Under the pieces are notes generated by a model. That model had not been told where the DNA came from. It saw nothing but the letters and a program-made list of their open reading frames with translations, and did not search any database. From Utricularia gibba (taxonomy: Eukaryota; Plantae; Magnoliophyta), in NCBI GenBank assembly GCA_002189035.1, contig NEEC01000008.1:1-64000 (forward strand): 64,000 nucleotides of DNA. Reading direction: 5' to 3'. Each line of letters opens with the position of its first letter. Positions within the stretch are counted from its first letter, which is position 1. Positions 1-13,949 of the stretch are shown here, in pieces. Made by a program: the position numbers and the translations under genes.

Positions 1-159
1 CAAACGAGAAGCTATTCCTTAAAAACCATGTAGGCAACCCTGAAAACCGAACGTTAATATATGCATCACTTTAGTTGCCAGGCTACAACTAACTTTCGCC
101 CAGCCCAACCTGACCATTGTCCCGGTTGGGCTCATGAGCCGGACCGAACGCAGTGCCGG

Positions 160-490
160 ACATTCGAGGCATATCATCAGGAAGCAAGCCTCAAACAAGA
201 GAGCGTATGAACTGGAGAGCAAGCCCAGAGGTTCAGAAAAGGAGCTCACGAAAAATGTTGCTGCTATGTCAGAAATGATGAAGGAGCTATTCTTATTCCA
301 GGCTAAGAACATGCCATGCGGAAACTGTCACAGAACAGGGCATGTTGCAGACAAGTGCCCAGATTTATTTGAAGAGCATGTCAAGGCTATGGGATACTTG
401 GAACCCCAGCAAAGGAAGAAATATGATCCATATTCTAATACTTACAACCCAGGCTGGAGGGATCATCCAAATTTTCGTTGGAATACAAGA
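160..490 (+). pseudogene. Athila-type gag fragment (Zn-knuckle-like CGNCHRTGH and YDPYSNTYNPGWRDHPNFRW)
   Basis: ORF 134..559 carries the Athila gag motif YSNTYNPGWRDHPNFRW and aligns by eye with the - strand gag at ~715-1035. Confidence 0.85.
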
Positions 491-633
491 CAAGCACAAG
501 CTCCTTGTGATCGACCCCGAATTCCACTATGCATTTTCAGTTTAATATGTATTTTGTGAGGATTAGGGACTATAAATTTATTTGATAACGAATTTTGTAT
601 TTTAGCAACGACACTAGGAATTTCCGTTTATCA
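490..633 (+). mobile_element. 3' end fragment of an Athila LTR (ends ...gtttatCA)
   Basis: Matches the 3' ends of the LTRs at 20765-22164 and 56146-57546 (gctccttgtgatcgac...ataaatttatttgata...gtttatca). It abuts the - strand gag at 634. Confidence 0.7.
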
Positions 634-1808
634 TTGCTCCTGGAAATTTTGCTGAAATCCTTGTTGTTCAGCTGATGAACTCTCACCCGTATAAGAATTA
701 TCACTATTAATCCATCTGAAATTTGGATGATCCCTCCATCCAGGATTGTAAGTGCTCGAATAGGGATCATATTTCTTCCTTTGTGGCTCCAAATATCCCA
801 TTGTCTTCACATGTTCTTCCTTCATCAATTCGAGACATTTATCAGCAATGTGTCCCATTCTGTGGCAGTTCCTGCAGGGCATATTCTTAGCTTGGAATAA
901 AAAAGTTCCTTCATCATCTCAGACATGGCTGCCACATTTTTCGTTAGCTCACTTTCTGATGACTTTGACTTGCATTCCAGCTCATATACTCTTCTATTCG
1001 AGGCATGTTTCCTAATTATGTGCCTGGAATGCTCAGCCAACTCCTCAAGTAGCGCAAGAGCTTCTATGGGAGTTTTTTTTCTCAAAAACCCACCTGCTGC
1101 AGAGTCCAACATGGCCCTATCCGTGCATAGAAGACCATCATAAAAATACTTGACCAATGCATTGGTCTGAAATCCGTAGTGTGGACAGGAGCCTAGCAGT
1201 TGATTAAAGCGCTCCCAATATTCATGTAAAGATTCACCATTTGACTGCTCAATATCACTGATCTCCTTCCTTATTCCTTCAGCTTTTGAAGCAGGGAAAT
1301 ATTTGCTGAGAAATACTTTCTTCATCCCACTCCAATCTGTGATGCTCCTAGGCTTCAAAGAGTTGAACCACGTTTTTGCACTTCCTTCCAGCGTAAATTG
1401 GAATGCTCTCAAACAGATGGCATCCTCAGTCATCCCAGCACTCTTAAAGGAGGTGCAAACAGCAATCACGTTGTCAAGGTGTTCATGTGGGTTTTCACCC
1501 ACTTTTCCATAATACTTGGGCAGAAAATTAATCATAGCTTGCTTCAATTCGTTGGCTGTGTCATCAGAGAACCTAATACACAGCCCTCTGTACGTGTGGT
1601 TAGCTGCATCAAGCTCATTCAACATCTTCTCCTGTTCTGCCATATTGAAATTAGTTTGAGCAACAGCAGGGAGTCTGCTCAACCTTGCTGCTTCTCTCAC
1701 TCTTGTGCGGTTCTTGCTGATAGTTCTCTCGATTTCTGGATGGAAAACAAGATCACCTGCACTAGAAGAACGCAAATGCATCAACCGAATCACAAAACAA
1801 TTAAACAC
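634..1808 (-). pseudogene. Athila retrotransposon gag, frameshifted near 880 and interrupted at 633
   Basis: ORFs 825..1808 (LPKYYGKVGENPHEHL, FQFTLEGSAKTWFNSL, ESLHEYWERFNQLLGSCPHYG) and 631..882 (NPGWRDHPNFRW) in different frames. Confidence 0.9.
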
Positions 1809-1811
1809 CGC

Positions 1812-1829
1812 TCCCCGGCAATGGCGCCA
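1812..1829 (-). promoter_or_regulatory. Primer-binding site (Athila tRNA-Asp type)
   Basis: - strand TGGCGCCATTGCCGGGGA lies 3 nt downstream of an LTR ending in TCA. Confidence 0.9.
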
Positions 1830-1832
1830 ATT

Positions 1833-2968
1833 TGATAAACAAAAAATTATGCAATGTCGTTAAATGCAAATTTTCCTATCAAATAAATTTATAACCTAAT
1901 ACACATTAAAACATAATACAATTATGAGCATAGTGATTAGTGTCGAACACGAAGAGCAAGTGCTTGCTATGTGAAAGTTGATGCATGAAACTAATGTCAC
2001 GTTGGTAAAATTGGTCTTAGCTAGGACTAAGGCAGAACTAAAATGAAATACAGTAAAGAAAAGTAATAAGTTCTAGAGTTCGGTTGTTTCTGGAATGGAA
2101 TAGGTGATGCCTTGGGACTCCTAGGGGATGAATGCTCATCACTAAACAAAAATCATTCAACTAACTCACAAGATCTAGGTCTACCCGGATTCTTGTTTTT
2201 CCCCTAATCTTTGGTCTACCTCTAATTAGGGTTGTTAAGTTGGGTTTCACTACTTCCCCATCCTGGATCTATCCTGGTTTGTTAAGGAAGTGGCGTGACT
2301 CATGGCTGTTTAGATCTAAAGGTTGATTAACATGTTTCTCCCCTTTTTACCCCAAGGCACCCCCCTAAGTACTTAGCCACTCATGCTTAAGGTAAACGAA
2401 AGTGGAAAAGAAAACATCACCCACAGTGTGCTCATTTCACAGTCAAATACCAGAAAGCAAACAAGCAAGTAATGTGAAGTGTCAACAAAAACTGAAAAAC
2501 GTCACTAGCTACTCTTAGCTAGGAGTAATATTCTTCGAAGACAGAAAATAATCCTTAACTTCAGCTTCGTTCCTGTTTGTCTTCCTTCTTCCTCCTCCCA
2601 GAAAACCTTCTCCCCTGAAAATGTGTTCGTGAGTCTCCAAGGAGAGATCTGCCTTCTCTCCCCACCTTTCTTCCTTTTTCACCTCCTTGGACTTTGTGTG
2701 TACTCTTTTTCAGACTTCTGTCACCTTTTCTGCTACCACACTATTCATACTCGATTGCTGGGGTTTGTGTTGCGACCTATGCTGCATTGCTCGAAGGGAA
2801 CTTTTAGAAGGTTGGGACTAAATCGCAGATTTAGTCCCAACTAAGACTAAAAGTGCACTCCTACGATACTTATGTGCAAAAATATAGAAACAGGCAATTA
2901 AGCTTAATTTTTGTAGCACAAAATGAGTAAATTCCATGCATTGAGCCATTCAAAAATATGTGTTATCA
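1833..2968 (-). mobile_element. Athila 5' LTR (~1.14 kb)
   Basis: - strand begins TGATAACACA at 2968, ends TCA at 1833 and is followed by the PBS. Homologous to the LTR at 53316-54566. Confidence 0.85.
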
Positions 2969-5900
2969 GGAAATATGAAGCAGCACAAGAAAACTGAAAT
3001 GGCCAAAAAAAAAGTTGCTACACGTGAATCCATCATGAATGCAAATGGAGTGGAGAAAGCTATGCAGGAATATGATTGCCGTGATTCTTACCATAAAATC
3101 TGCATCAATTTTCCATAGGAAGCTGCTGCATTTGTTCTTCAACCAAGGATAATTAATCTTTTTTTGAAATTCTACGGAAAAAAGAAAGAAGATGCATCAC
3201 TTCCTATGGTTGGACCAAAGGAAGTGATGGAAGATAACATGTTATGAGTTTTTCAATTTACACTTGCAGTACATATGAATGAGTGGTTTAACACCTTGGA
3301 ATCAAGAAGCATAGAGAGCTAGACAGAAAAGAAGAAGGTGTTTTTAAATAAGAATTTTCCATTTACAATGATTGAAGAGATGAGAAGAAAAATTTCGGAT
3401 ATTTTCCAGTTTATGGGTGATCCACTTCATGAGTATTAGAACAAGTTCAATTGATTGCTTGCAAGCTGTTGACATCAACGGCATCAGAAGCACACCTTGG
3501 TGGAATTCTTTTTAGAGGGATTATTGCCCCCTTTGAGAACCTAATTAGACACTTTGTTGGAGGGAGCATGAGGACACTCCAAGCTAAATTATGTTGGAAC
3601 ATTCTCAACTCTCCTATTCTAGAAAGAATTTTTACAAGTAGATAAATTTTTTTGGAGGAAGCTCAATGGCATATGGGAAGGTGAACTAAGGCATTGAGAA
3701 TGTGAATGAGAAAAATAAGAAGATTAGTGAGTTGCAAGGCATGATGAGAGAATTATGCATGACGTAGTCTAAGCTAATTCCATGTGAGGAATGTTCTGTC
3801 CCAGAACATAGAAAAGAAACATGCCCTTTGAAAGAAGACAATATGGTAGTGAATGCTATAGGGTATGCGGAAAATTTGGGAGGGTGGCACTCACCTTGTC
3901 ATTATGCTCTAAAACATCTGCATTTGAGTTGAAGGAATGGTAACAATATTTGCTTCAACAAAATAACAAGCAAGTCGCTCATCCTCAAAAGCAACTTGCA
4001 TAGTAAGTTCAGCCACATGGATGGACTTACGGAAATCTTCAACAAAAGCCAATGCTGCCTAGAACATATCAGCCTCCTCATCAAAATGTGAAGTCAGGAC
4101 CCTCTCAGAAAAAGATGATGAAATATACGCTGAAGAAATGCACAAGGACAAAGAGGAAAGCAAAAAAGAGAAAGAATCAATTCAAGGAGCCATCAAGAAC
4201 CCTAAAAAGAAAGTTGGGCAATTGGCAACTAGAGTGGGAGAAATTGAGAACAAATAAAGAAAGCAACGTTCTCAAAATTTAGTGAATCCACAAGTAAATA
4301 TTTCAGTGATTGAGTTGAGAAGCAAGAAGAAATTGCTCGAAAGAGAAGTGGTCCTACCCCAAGTCTGCTCAACAAAAAACCCGTTCCAAAAACATGCCAA
4401 AAAGAAAATCTGGAGGAAGATAGTGGCAAGGATAGTCTACATGCCAATTCATAGAACAGAAAATCAAGATAAAATTGACTCATCCCCCATTCCTTGAGAG
4501 ACTGTGGAACAATGGAAAGAGAGGTGAAGTATAGAGAATAATTTCTCCCTTAAACTCAGCTATGGTGATGAAGATTGTTGATTATTTGAAGAAAGTTCTA
4601 AGAGAACTCAAACTCTTGATGAAGCTGTGTTCAAAATTGAAAGGTGCTCTCATTGGAAGGGAAGACAAGAAGATTAATACGAGTATTTCTACTCTGATTG
4701 GCAAGGGACTTCCCCTAAATGTGGAGACGTACTTACATTTTTTATTTCTAGTAAAATTAGAGGAAGGGAAATCTCGAGTGTGATATCCCATCTTGCAGAA
4801 GAGCGGAAGCACTATAGGTGAATCCCATATCGGTTATCGATAAGGGAGAGGATGAGAAGCATGTTAAAGGATCCTTGGTGAGAAATTTGAAGTTAAACGT
4901 GCTTGGCCTAAAGTAAAGTGAGGATGGGTGACACCTTGGAAGGCAAGACAAATGTGACGAAAATATAAAACTGTGAGAGTTGGGTAACAATATGATGCAA
5001 GGTGGGTGTTGATCATTATACCAAGGGCCATTGTTGATCAAGAAGTAGCGATTTACATAATGTCGTTGGATGTTTATGAGTCTCTTGAACTCAAACCCTT
5101 GAGGAAGCCTAACATGAGACTAATTCTAGCAGTTGAAGACCACGTACACAATTGGTTTTGTGGTGGTAAAGATGCCTTTGACAAAAGTAGATGACATCAT
5201 TATTCTAGAAAGGCCATTCTCAGTCACAACTGATGTGTATGTTAGATGTATGAATGGAGAAAATGACTCTTTGATATGAAGAAAATTTAGTGACTTTTGG
5301 AGTATGAGAATCCAAAGTTGGCATGTATCTAGTTAGAATAGTGAAAGAAGAAAATGCCGAAGAGAGTGTTATCAATGACCACAGAGACATCATTGAAGAT
5401 TTGGTCGAAGAAGCCCATGCCCAGGAGATGGAAGAACCAATCATCATGGCTGAGGTGGATGAAGGAGCAACTTAGATATCCGAGTTGGATATCGAGAAGT
5501 CTTCAGATGAAGTGAGAGTTTTAAAAGTTTCTCATGAGAAAAGACCACAACTGAAACTGCTTCCCAAGCACTTGAAATACATATACTTGGGAGAAGGTAA
5601 TAGTTTGTCTATTATTTTTAATATATATCTTACCTAGGAGCAGGACAAAAAGCTCTTTAAGGTGCAGAAAAGACACAGTAAAGCAATTGATTGGGCTCTG
5701 GAGGACATCCAAGGAATCTACCAATCAATCTGCCTGCATCTAACACTCCTAGAGCATGATGCTAAGCCAATTTGACAAGCTCAGAAAAGATTAAATCTTA
5801 GCCTTATGGAAGTTGTGAAGAGGGAAGTAGAAAGCTGCTGAAGATGGAGATAATTTATTCTATTTTAAACAACAAATGGGTCAGGTTGATTTATGTGGTG

Positions 5901-8900
5901 CTGAAGAAAACTAGAATCACAATTATTATAAACTTTAAAGGGAAACAAGTCACCACCCAAGTGCAAAATGGATGCATTGTTTCGATTGATTACCGATAAT
6001 TGAATAATGTCATGAGAAAGACCGACTATCTCCTCCCCTTTATTGATCAAATGCTTAATAAACTTAGTGGCAAGGGATATTACTATTTTCTTGATGGATA
6101 TTTAGATTACAACCAAGTAATGATTGCACCCGTGGATCAAGAGAATATGGCATTTACCTGCCCATTTGGTACATTTGCTTAAATGAGAATGCCTTATGGT
6201 TTATGTAATGCTCTACCTACTTTTCAATGTTGCATAACAAGTATTTTTTCTAATTTATTTATAAGAGCATGGAGGTTTTCATGGATGATTTTACATTGCA
6301 TGAATCAAATTTGAATGAATGTTTGGCTGATTTGGACAAAGTTCTAGGGTAGATGTGTTGAGAAAGATTTGGTGCTTAACTCTAAAAAATGTCATTTCAT
6401 CGTTGGATGAGGAATTGTGTTAGGACATGTTGTTTTGATTGATGGTTTACGTGTTGATATTTCTAAAGTTGATACAATTGTTAATCTCACCCCATCTGAG
6501 GACATAAGAGGAATATGATCATTTTTGGGGTAAATGGGTTTTGATCGCAGGTTCATTAAGGATTTCTCAATTGTTTCTAAACCCATGATTGATTGTTAAA
6601 TAATATGCAAAATTTGAGTTGAAGATCAGTGCAAAGAAGCTTTCAACAAGTTGAAAGAAGAAGTCACAACAACAACGGTGATGCAAACCCCAAGTTGGAA
6701 AGAATCATTTCATGTCATGTGCAATACATCAAATTTTGCATTAGGCAGGGTGTTGGGTCATAAGATCAATGGAATGAACCATGTGATCAGCTATGCCTCA
6801 AAAATATTGGATGACGCTCAAAGAAATTATATGATAACGAGAAAAGAAATGCTTGTTGTTGTCTTTGCCCAAGAAACATTCAAGAGTTATTTAATTGGAA
6901 GTAAGATCATTGTTCATACCGACCATGTAGCTATTAAACATCTAATGTCAAAGCGAGATGCAAAGCTAATGTTGCTTCGGTGGTGCTGCTAATTCAAGTA
7001 TTTGAGATGGAAATCAAGGACAAACCTAGCAAAGAGAATTGTGTCATTGATCACTTGAGCAGAAAGAATAGATAAACCTATAGATGGAGAGGAGATAGCT
7101 CATACTTTTCCTGATGAATTAATTAGCTTCTTCTCACTCTCAAGTAAGATCAGAGAACCCTGATATGCAACTATAGCTAGCTTTCTTTCTACAGGGAAAC
7201 TTTGTAAGAATTTGAAGAGCTACAAAAAATTGAAGCTGAAAAAGCGACAGCACGTACTTCACACGGGATGATCCTTGTGGAAGAATTACAATGATGAAGT
7301 TGTATGTACATGCTTTCTTGACGATGAGATTAATTAGGTAATTGAATTATGTCATTCATGTATATGTGTAGATCACCATGGATCGAATTGAATAGCGAAG
7401 AAGGCAATTAACTGTGGTTAATATTGACCATCTATTTGTTGACATTGTTTTCGTTTTTGCAAGGCTTGTGATAGATGTCAATGAAAAAGTAACATTACCC
7501 ACAATAATGAAATGTCCTTGCAATCTATTTTTGTGACTGAAATATTTGATGCGTAGGGAGTTGATTTTATGGGTCTACTTCCTAATTCGCATGGTATGAA
7601 TACATTCTAGTATGTATAGATTATGTTTCCAGGTGGATCGAGATGATTCCAACCCATGCGAGTTGAAATGGATTTCTTGAAGAAGAATATATATGCTCAA
7701 TCAGGCTTTCTGAGTGTATGGTACAAGGCTTCATCCTACCATCCCCAAACCAACAAGCAAGCTGAAGTATCAAATCGTGACACCAAACAAGTGTTGGAGA
7801 GAACTATCAATTTTCAGAAAAGATTGGAGTATGAGGTTGGATGATGCACTATGCACAATTTGAATTGCATACAAAACTTTGATTGCCATGACCCCTTTTA
7901 AGGTAATTTATGGAAAGAATTGTCATCTGCCATTCGAGCTAGAACACAAGACTAGATGGGCAGCTCATATGTTCAGTGGTGATGTCAATGTAAATAATGA
8001 GGATAGGAAATTTCAATTGTAAGAGTTGGGGGAGTTGAGATAGAATGGTTATAGTAACTACTGTAGTTTCAAGGAACAAATAAAGCCTTGCCATGACAAC
8101 AAAATTTGAATGAAGGAATTTCAACCAAGATAGAATGTGCTAATGTACCATTCTAAATTCATGCTTCACCTAGGAAAATTGAAATCCAGATGGGAACGAC
8201 CGCTTATGGGGAAATCTGTGAACATCAACAGTTCGGTGGAGTTATTTGATAAAAGCCCTGATGCTAAATCTTCTGCTATAAATGATCACATTTTGCAGCT
8301 TTATCTTGAAATAGGATCATAGGATGAATAGAAAATAGAGAGAGAGGATCTCTCCTATATGGACGATAAGTCTCAAGAGTTACAGAGGTCTTACCCTTAA
8401 ACTAAAAGTAACCCAGATTTAGCTGTATATCCTTTTATATAGTTTATTCTATTTTCTTTCTACTTTTTTGTGCAACTCTCTAGAATTATTTTTTCAAGAC
8501 CATTGCATGATGTTTCCAAGTCAGGTGTGGGAATTATGGAATTCCCGCTCACATCACATGAAGGAGGAAGTAGTATTAGTTGAAAAATTGGAGCAAATCT
8601 AACACCTAGGTTAGGAGCAACCTAAGCAAATAACGAAGTTTGACCCCTAAATGAATTTTCCTTTTTATTATCTTTAAACTTTTTAGAATGTTTTGTTCTT
8701 TTTATTAATTGTCTATAGCATAGTTGCATGAGGCAATTTACCCTTGTCATGGTTGAACCCTCAATAGTTTTTAGTATCAATCAAGTTAGTGGGCACACAC
8801 TAGTTGTACTTGAGATCTACACTTATTTTGATTTCAATTCTTTTATTTTCAATTTCAAAAAAAATTAGAGCACTAGAATTGTGTGTCACTCCTAATGTGT

Positions 8901-9460
8901 GTGGTCCATCCTCAGTTATTAGGTCACTTGAACCACTATTGGGGTAGACTTAGGCCATCTTGTATTTGGCTGTTGCAATCTATAGAGAAAAGTTTCGAGA
9001 AGCTAAAAGATGGGCACACATGAAAAGCCATGTTGTAAAAGTAATAAGAGAGGGAAACTCGAAGTGGGGGATTAGTTGCTTGGAGCAATATGGCTTGGAG
9101 TAATAAGGAATAGGAGATGTAAGAGAAAGGCACTAGGCTATCATTCGAAGATCCCTAGTTTGTTTTGAAAAAGATGGCAAACCTCTCATATTGGACTGTA
9201 AGTTGGATAAAAGGTTGAATCTGGTTAGTGTCGGGTGCTAAAAAAGCCCAAACTATGAGTAGATGGATTTTGTACACTAAGGTCATTACTTTAAGTGTTG
9301 CAAGAGTGTTGACCTTGCATTCATTTGCTCTAGAACTCTGCTTTGCATGCCATACTGTCACGCTAGGTACTCAAATACAATGAGGATTCACCCTATATCA
9401 ATTGTCTAGTCTAGGTCATGAATAAGACTGTGGGACAAGTTAATTATCGTTATAGGATAA
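2969..9460 (+). mobile_element. Degenerate Athila internal region (gag, protease, RT, RNase H, integrase, 3' non-coding)
   Basis: Broken ORFs: LLIIIPRAIVDQ (protease), RKTDYLLPFIDQMLNKLSGKGYYYFLDGY..FTCPFGTFA (RT), HVMCNTSNFALGRVLG..KIIVHTDH (RNase H), SSYHPQTNKQAEVSNR (integrase), LKSRWERP. Many stops. Confidence 0.9.
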
Positions 9461-10518
9461 TGTGATATGGTGTTTTATTCTAATATTTTTATAATTAGAT
9501 TTTAGTAAAAATATTGCATAAATGCTTGAATTAGGAGCAAAATATCCCAAAGAGCATGGACTCCAATTTTACGTGGATTAAACTTGAATAGGACCAATTT
9601 CCATTTAATCTGATGCTAATGTGGGCAGACTATTCCTCAGAGTCTATATGGGTCCAGCCCATTTAGGTTAGGCCATGTTATCTAATCAGTTTGTAAAGAT
9701 ATTTTTAGAACAGAGACAAAAGTGGAATTACAGGTCTATATGAAAAGCTTAATTAAAAATAAAGGAGATTTTCTAAACAAGGGTTAGAAAAGAAGATAAA
9801 GAGATCTCCTAAAGCTAAGAGGCATAATACTGGCAACTCTAATTGCAATGATGGAGAATCTGTTGAACATTTTATTTTCTGCATCTTTATTTCTTGCACT
9901 TTTTACTTCCTACACTTGCATGACATTAACATTTCCTACTTTTAGCAACTAATTGGATTGCTTGTTCTCTTCGAATGAAGATCTTGCAACTTATGATTTT
10001 ATTATTGTTCATGAGTATGACTCTAGAACCGGATTTAATCCTAACCATTAAATTTTACTTGTTTTCATTCAATTAAATTCCTATTTAAAATGAAAAATCA
10101 ACCATCAGCTATTGAAATGTCTATTTAGACTTTTTTTTGTTTTTTAATTTAGAAGCCTGTAGAAGAATTTGATGAATTTAGTTAAAGTGGAAACCTAATT
10201 TCAGATAAACCCTTCTATTTAAACCAACTTATGTGTAGGACATACAACTAAAAACCATGTACTTTCTGTGAATCTCCCTAAACTTATTGGTGCAACATTA
10301 ATTTTTTTCCACTTCTAGATAAACCTCATTATTTAATCTAGCTTGCGTGTAATACCAACAATTAAAAATCGTGTGCTCTCTATGGATTGACCCAAACTTA
10401 CTATAGCAACATTAATTTCCTTATGAATTGTATATGGTTTTATTGTTTTAGAATACAAGTTATATATGATGAAGAAAACCTATAGACATGCGATACTTAC
10501 AGAATTTTCACTGAATCA
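9461..10518 (+). mobile_element. 3' LTR of the + strand Athila
   Basis: Starts TGTGATATGG after a degraded gggacaag...aggataa PPT and ends ...gaatCA. The 3' part resembles the solo LTR 17139-18160 (gattgacc..acttacta..caacattaatttc). Confidence 0.65.
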
Positions 10519-11735
10519 AAAACCAACATTTTTTCCAAATTTAGACAAGGAATGAGGAAAAAAGGAAATGGAAATAAGTGAAAATGGTTGCACCAATGTG
10601 GTAGCCACATTTTGGCCAATGTCAAGGTGACAAAAGAGAGTTAAGATACCATTGTAATGAGGATAAGGATCAATTGACGTGGTATAAGGATGAAAATTAA
10701 GCTTTGAAACTCATAAGCTCCAAAAACCGAAAAAAACTGATGAACAACAAGTTGGAAAAAAAGAGTGAGCATACTCCAATGTTGTGAGAATAAATTTGTG
10801 GTAAGCAAATTGAGTGTCCTAAAATCCAAATATTTTGTAGGAGCCAAGTAGGGATCAAATGGAAGGTTTCAGCTTTGAAATGATTAAATTTGGTCAAGTG
10901 TGGGTAGAATGTTGGGTTCTAAGATTCTACTGTGTGTTTTCTATTTAATTCTACTATTATTTGACTATCTATATATTCGATTGGCTTATTTACTATGATT
11001 TTATTATACGATGAACATGAATGTTTTTTATCCTTGAGTTAGGTCGCTTACTCAAAAATGTTTGCTCAGTTTGGATCTTGGATCAAGAAGTTCACTCTAT
11101 CTGAAACTATTTTTGTGAGTCCACTTTATAAAAACATTCATAACTTATGACTTGATGGTTGAACTTCGATGCTGTTTTATTCTATAGAAAGTTCTAATCC
11201 TTAGCTTTCCAATGATATATTTTGTAGTTTTAAACAAGGAAAAGGGTTCCAAAAGCAAGTTTTCAACATAATTGTCTTGCCATTTTTAATTTATTTGTGG
11301 GGCAGAATGTTATGATTGATTAAGAACTCTTTGAGGAAGTTGTGGACATGCACTTCATTATGTAAAGCATGTTTTGAGGCAACTCTTTTTGGAATAATAG
11401 CCACTAGATGGTTCAAGGATGAGTAAATGAAAAGAAATGGTTGAGGAACTTAAATCTAGTGAGGTTGGTAAAGGAGGTAGCTACCTTTTGCCGATTTTAC
11501 AAGATTAAGACCAAATAGACCTCTTATCTTTAGTTTAAGGGACACAAGGATTCTTGGTATGATCTCAAGCTTTGGTGGACCTTCCGTGAAGCTGAATGCA
11601 TAAAAAGAGAAAAGCATAGCAGAAAAACAAAAACAAAAGAAGAAGAAGAAAGAAAGAAAGAAAAAAGAAAAAGAAAAACTATACATAACACTAAACACAA
11701 AAATACACAACTGCTCGGAAACGACATCAAAAATT
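10519..11735 (-). mobile_element. PBS and 5' leader of a second, truncated unit of the tandem Athila
   Basis: 11500-11735 is clearly homologous to 20280-20494. Degenerate PBS TGATGTCGTTTCCGAGCA at ~11712-11729. Confidence 0.75.
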
Positions 11736-13070
11736 TGTTGCATGTTGTCTCCTACACAAATTTTAATTACAAAAATGTAAAACACAAATAAATATAGTAT
11801 GAGTGTCGATCTCAGAGAGTTGAGTATTGTGAAAAGTGTTTTGTACTAAAATTTTAAAAATTAACATGGGTTTGTAAAATGGGGTTTTAAAATACTAAAA
11901 TACGGAATATATTACAAGTAATAGACCTTAACTAAGGGAAGCAATTCCTAGGAAAGAAATTATTTTTTCTACTTTCTCTATCCTCGCCTTGTTTTTCATT
12001 AATTCCTTCCAAATAACTAGTTATAGGAGCATGGAATGATCTACTCTCCTTTACACTCCGATTGACAAGGAGGCATGGAAATAGCGTCATGTGGTTCCCT
12101 CATGGATGATTGAGAGGAAAAGAGGGTTGTCGTTGATTGCCCCCAAAACCGAATTCTGTGTGTGTTGTTGTGAATGGCGAATGACAGGTATGAAGTCAAT
12201 ACCCATCAATTCTTGGGGTATCCCATCAGAGACAATTCACTATGTCCCTCAAACCAATAGAGTTGGAGATGGTACTCTTCATCTTGCTTTTCATCAAAAT
12301 CCGCTAGGAGTGGCCTGCTAGTCATGCACCGTAACTAGGAGATGTTCTAGAAGGACTGCAATATGATGTGTGGCAATATGCGAAATCCAAAAGAAATTCA
12401 GTAAAGAACCAAGATTTCCGCTCAAGACATTGAAGAAAATTTCATCTATTCCTAGAAACTAAGAAAGTTTAACCATGAAGGCCATGAAAATAAGAAAATT
12501 TCGTCTCTTTCATGGAGCAAAAGAAACAAGTTCAAGTTCAAAAAGTAAAGTGAGAAAAAAAAAAGTCATATTCAAAGTGTTTCCTTTCTTTAATTCACTT
12601 CCATGTGCCTTTGCTTTTTCTGCTATCTTTTTATCATTCTTTCTATCTTGCATGTGTAGCCAACTTTCCCATTCATGCAAGTGTCCAATCATTACTGCAC
12701 ACTCTAACATGTCGTAAGTCATAGACCCTGACTAGTGTCAGTCTTCCGCCCACAATTGCTCTAAGTAGCGTGCAAGGCATAAGCCATAAAAAGTGTGAGT
12801 CTTCCACCCACAATAGATCTGAGTCATGTATAAGTAACAAAATATGAATGTTTTGTCTATTACAAGTCTCCTATCACACTTCAACATTGCTTTGGGCCAC
12901 TTTAGGATAAAACTATATGAAAAGCAACACAAAAATATATACAAGTATAGTTATAATAATTTTCTAATAAAAATATAATAGTTATTTATAGAACTCCTAA
13001 TTGGGTGACTTAATTCTAAATTAAAATCTAGTAATACATAATTAATATATAGAAAATGATGCTTAATATA
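11736..13070 (-). mobile_element. Internal (shared) Athila LTR flanked by a PPT upstream and a PBS downstream
   Basis: - strand CTTGAGGACAAG..TTAAGTGTGGGAGGAA precedes 13070 and the LTR ends TGCAACA at 11736. It is homologous to the LTR starting at 20495. Confidence 0.75.
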
Positions 13071-13090
13071 TTCCTCCCACACTTAAATCA
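13071..13090 (-). promoter_or_regulatory. Athila polypurine tract motif (TTAAGTGTGGGAGGAA)
   Basis: + strand ttcctcccacacttaa. A second copy (cccacacttaag) lies at ~13820 just after the env-like ORF, as is typical for Athila. Confidence 0.7.
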
Positions 13091-13949
13091 TACTTGTCCT
13101 CAAGTATGAAAATCATAACAATCCACGAAAAGTCAAAACCTAAGTTATGATACATTACTGAGTCAACTTCATCCTACCGCAAGTATTTACTCCAATTTCT
13201 TTTCCTACCCTTTAATCAAATTAAGGCTGGCCACTCAAACACACATGCATCAGATAAAGACATAGACCAATAACTACTTAGTACATTAGTTTAATTAGGG
13301 TAAATAAAAATAATAGCATACACTATAGTGACTCGAGAGAGGTCCCCGATTTGAGGGAGATTGTTTGGATCACGAAACCTTTTGTGTGGTGGTTAACCAC
13401 GGTTTTGCCAAACAATCTTATCTTTCGCACACCTAATATTTTTTTTCTCTTTTTTTTTGGTCTAGTCACTATAAGAACATCAAAAATTTATTCACAAAAT
13501 GGTACATACAAGGAAAGGAAATAGATTCGTAGTCATGGTATGGTCTTTCCTAAAGCATGTAATTAGAGCTTGATATTTAGAAAGAAAAATAATTGAAGTA
13601 TTTTCCTAGCAGCAAGGAATTCATGAACTTAAACATGACCACTCTTAAAATCTTACCCTTAATAATGGAAACAAATATACTTGAAGAGCATAACGGGGAT
13701 TTTTCACAACAAAAAAAAGAAAAATGAAGCATGAAGTATGAAAAATAATTCAACAATCATTAACACATGAGTCCTAATGCCCACAAAATATTAAAATTGA
13801 AAAGAAACGTAAACTCCTTCCCCACACTTAAGTTTGAGGATGACCTCATTCTCAAGTCCAGCGGAGGTTTCCTTAGTCATGGGGCAGGCCGGAGCATAAA
13901 TTAGTAGCAATGAAAGTGTCTAGTTTCTTAGAGGGTACAAAAACTTGCT

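Noticed and set aside
825-1808. 327-codon open gag as a possibly domesticated or active gene
   Set aside because: It is frameshifted relative to its own C-terminal part (631..882), interrupted at 633, and sits behind a normal LTR and PBS.
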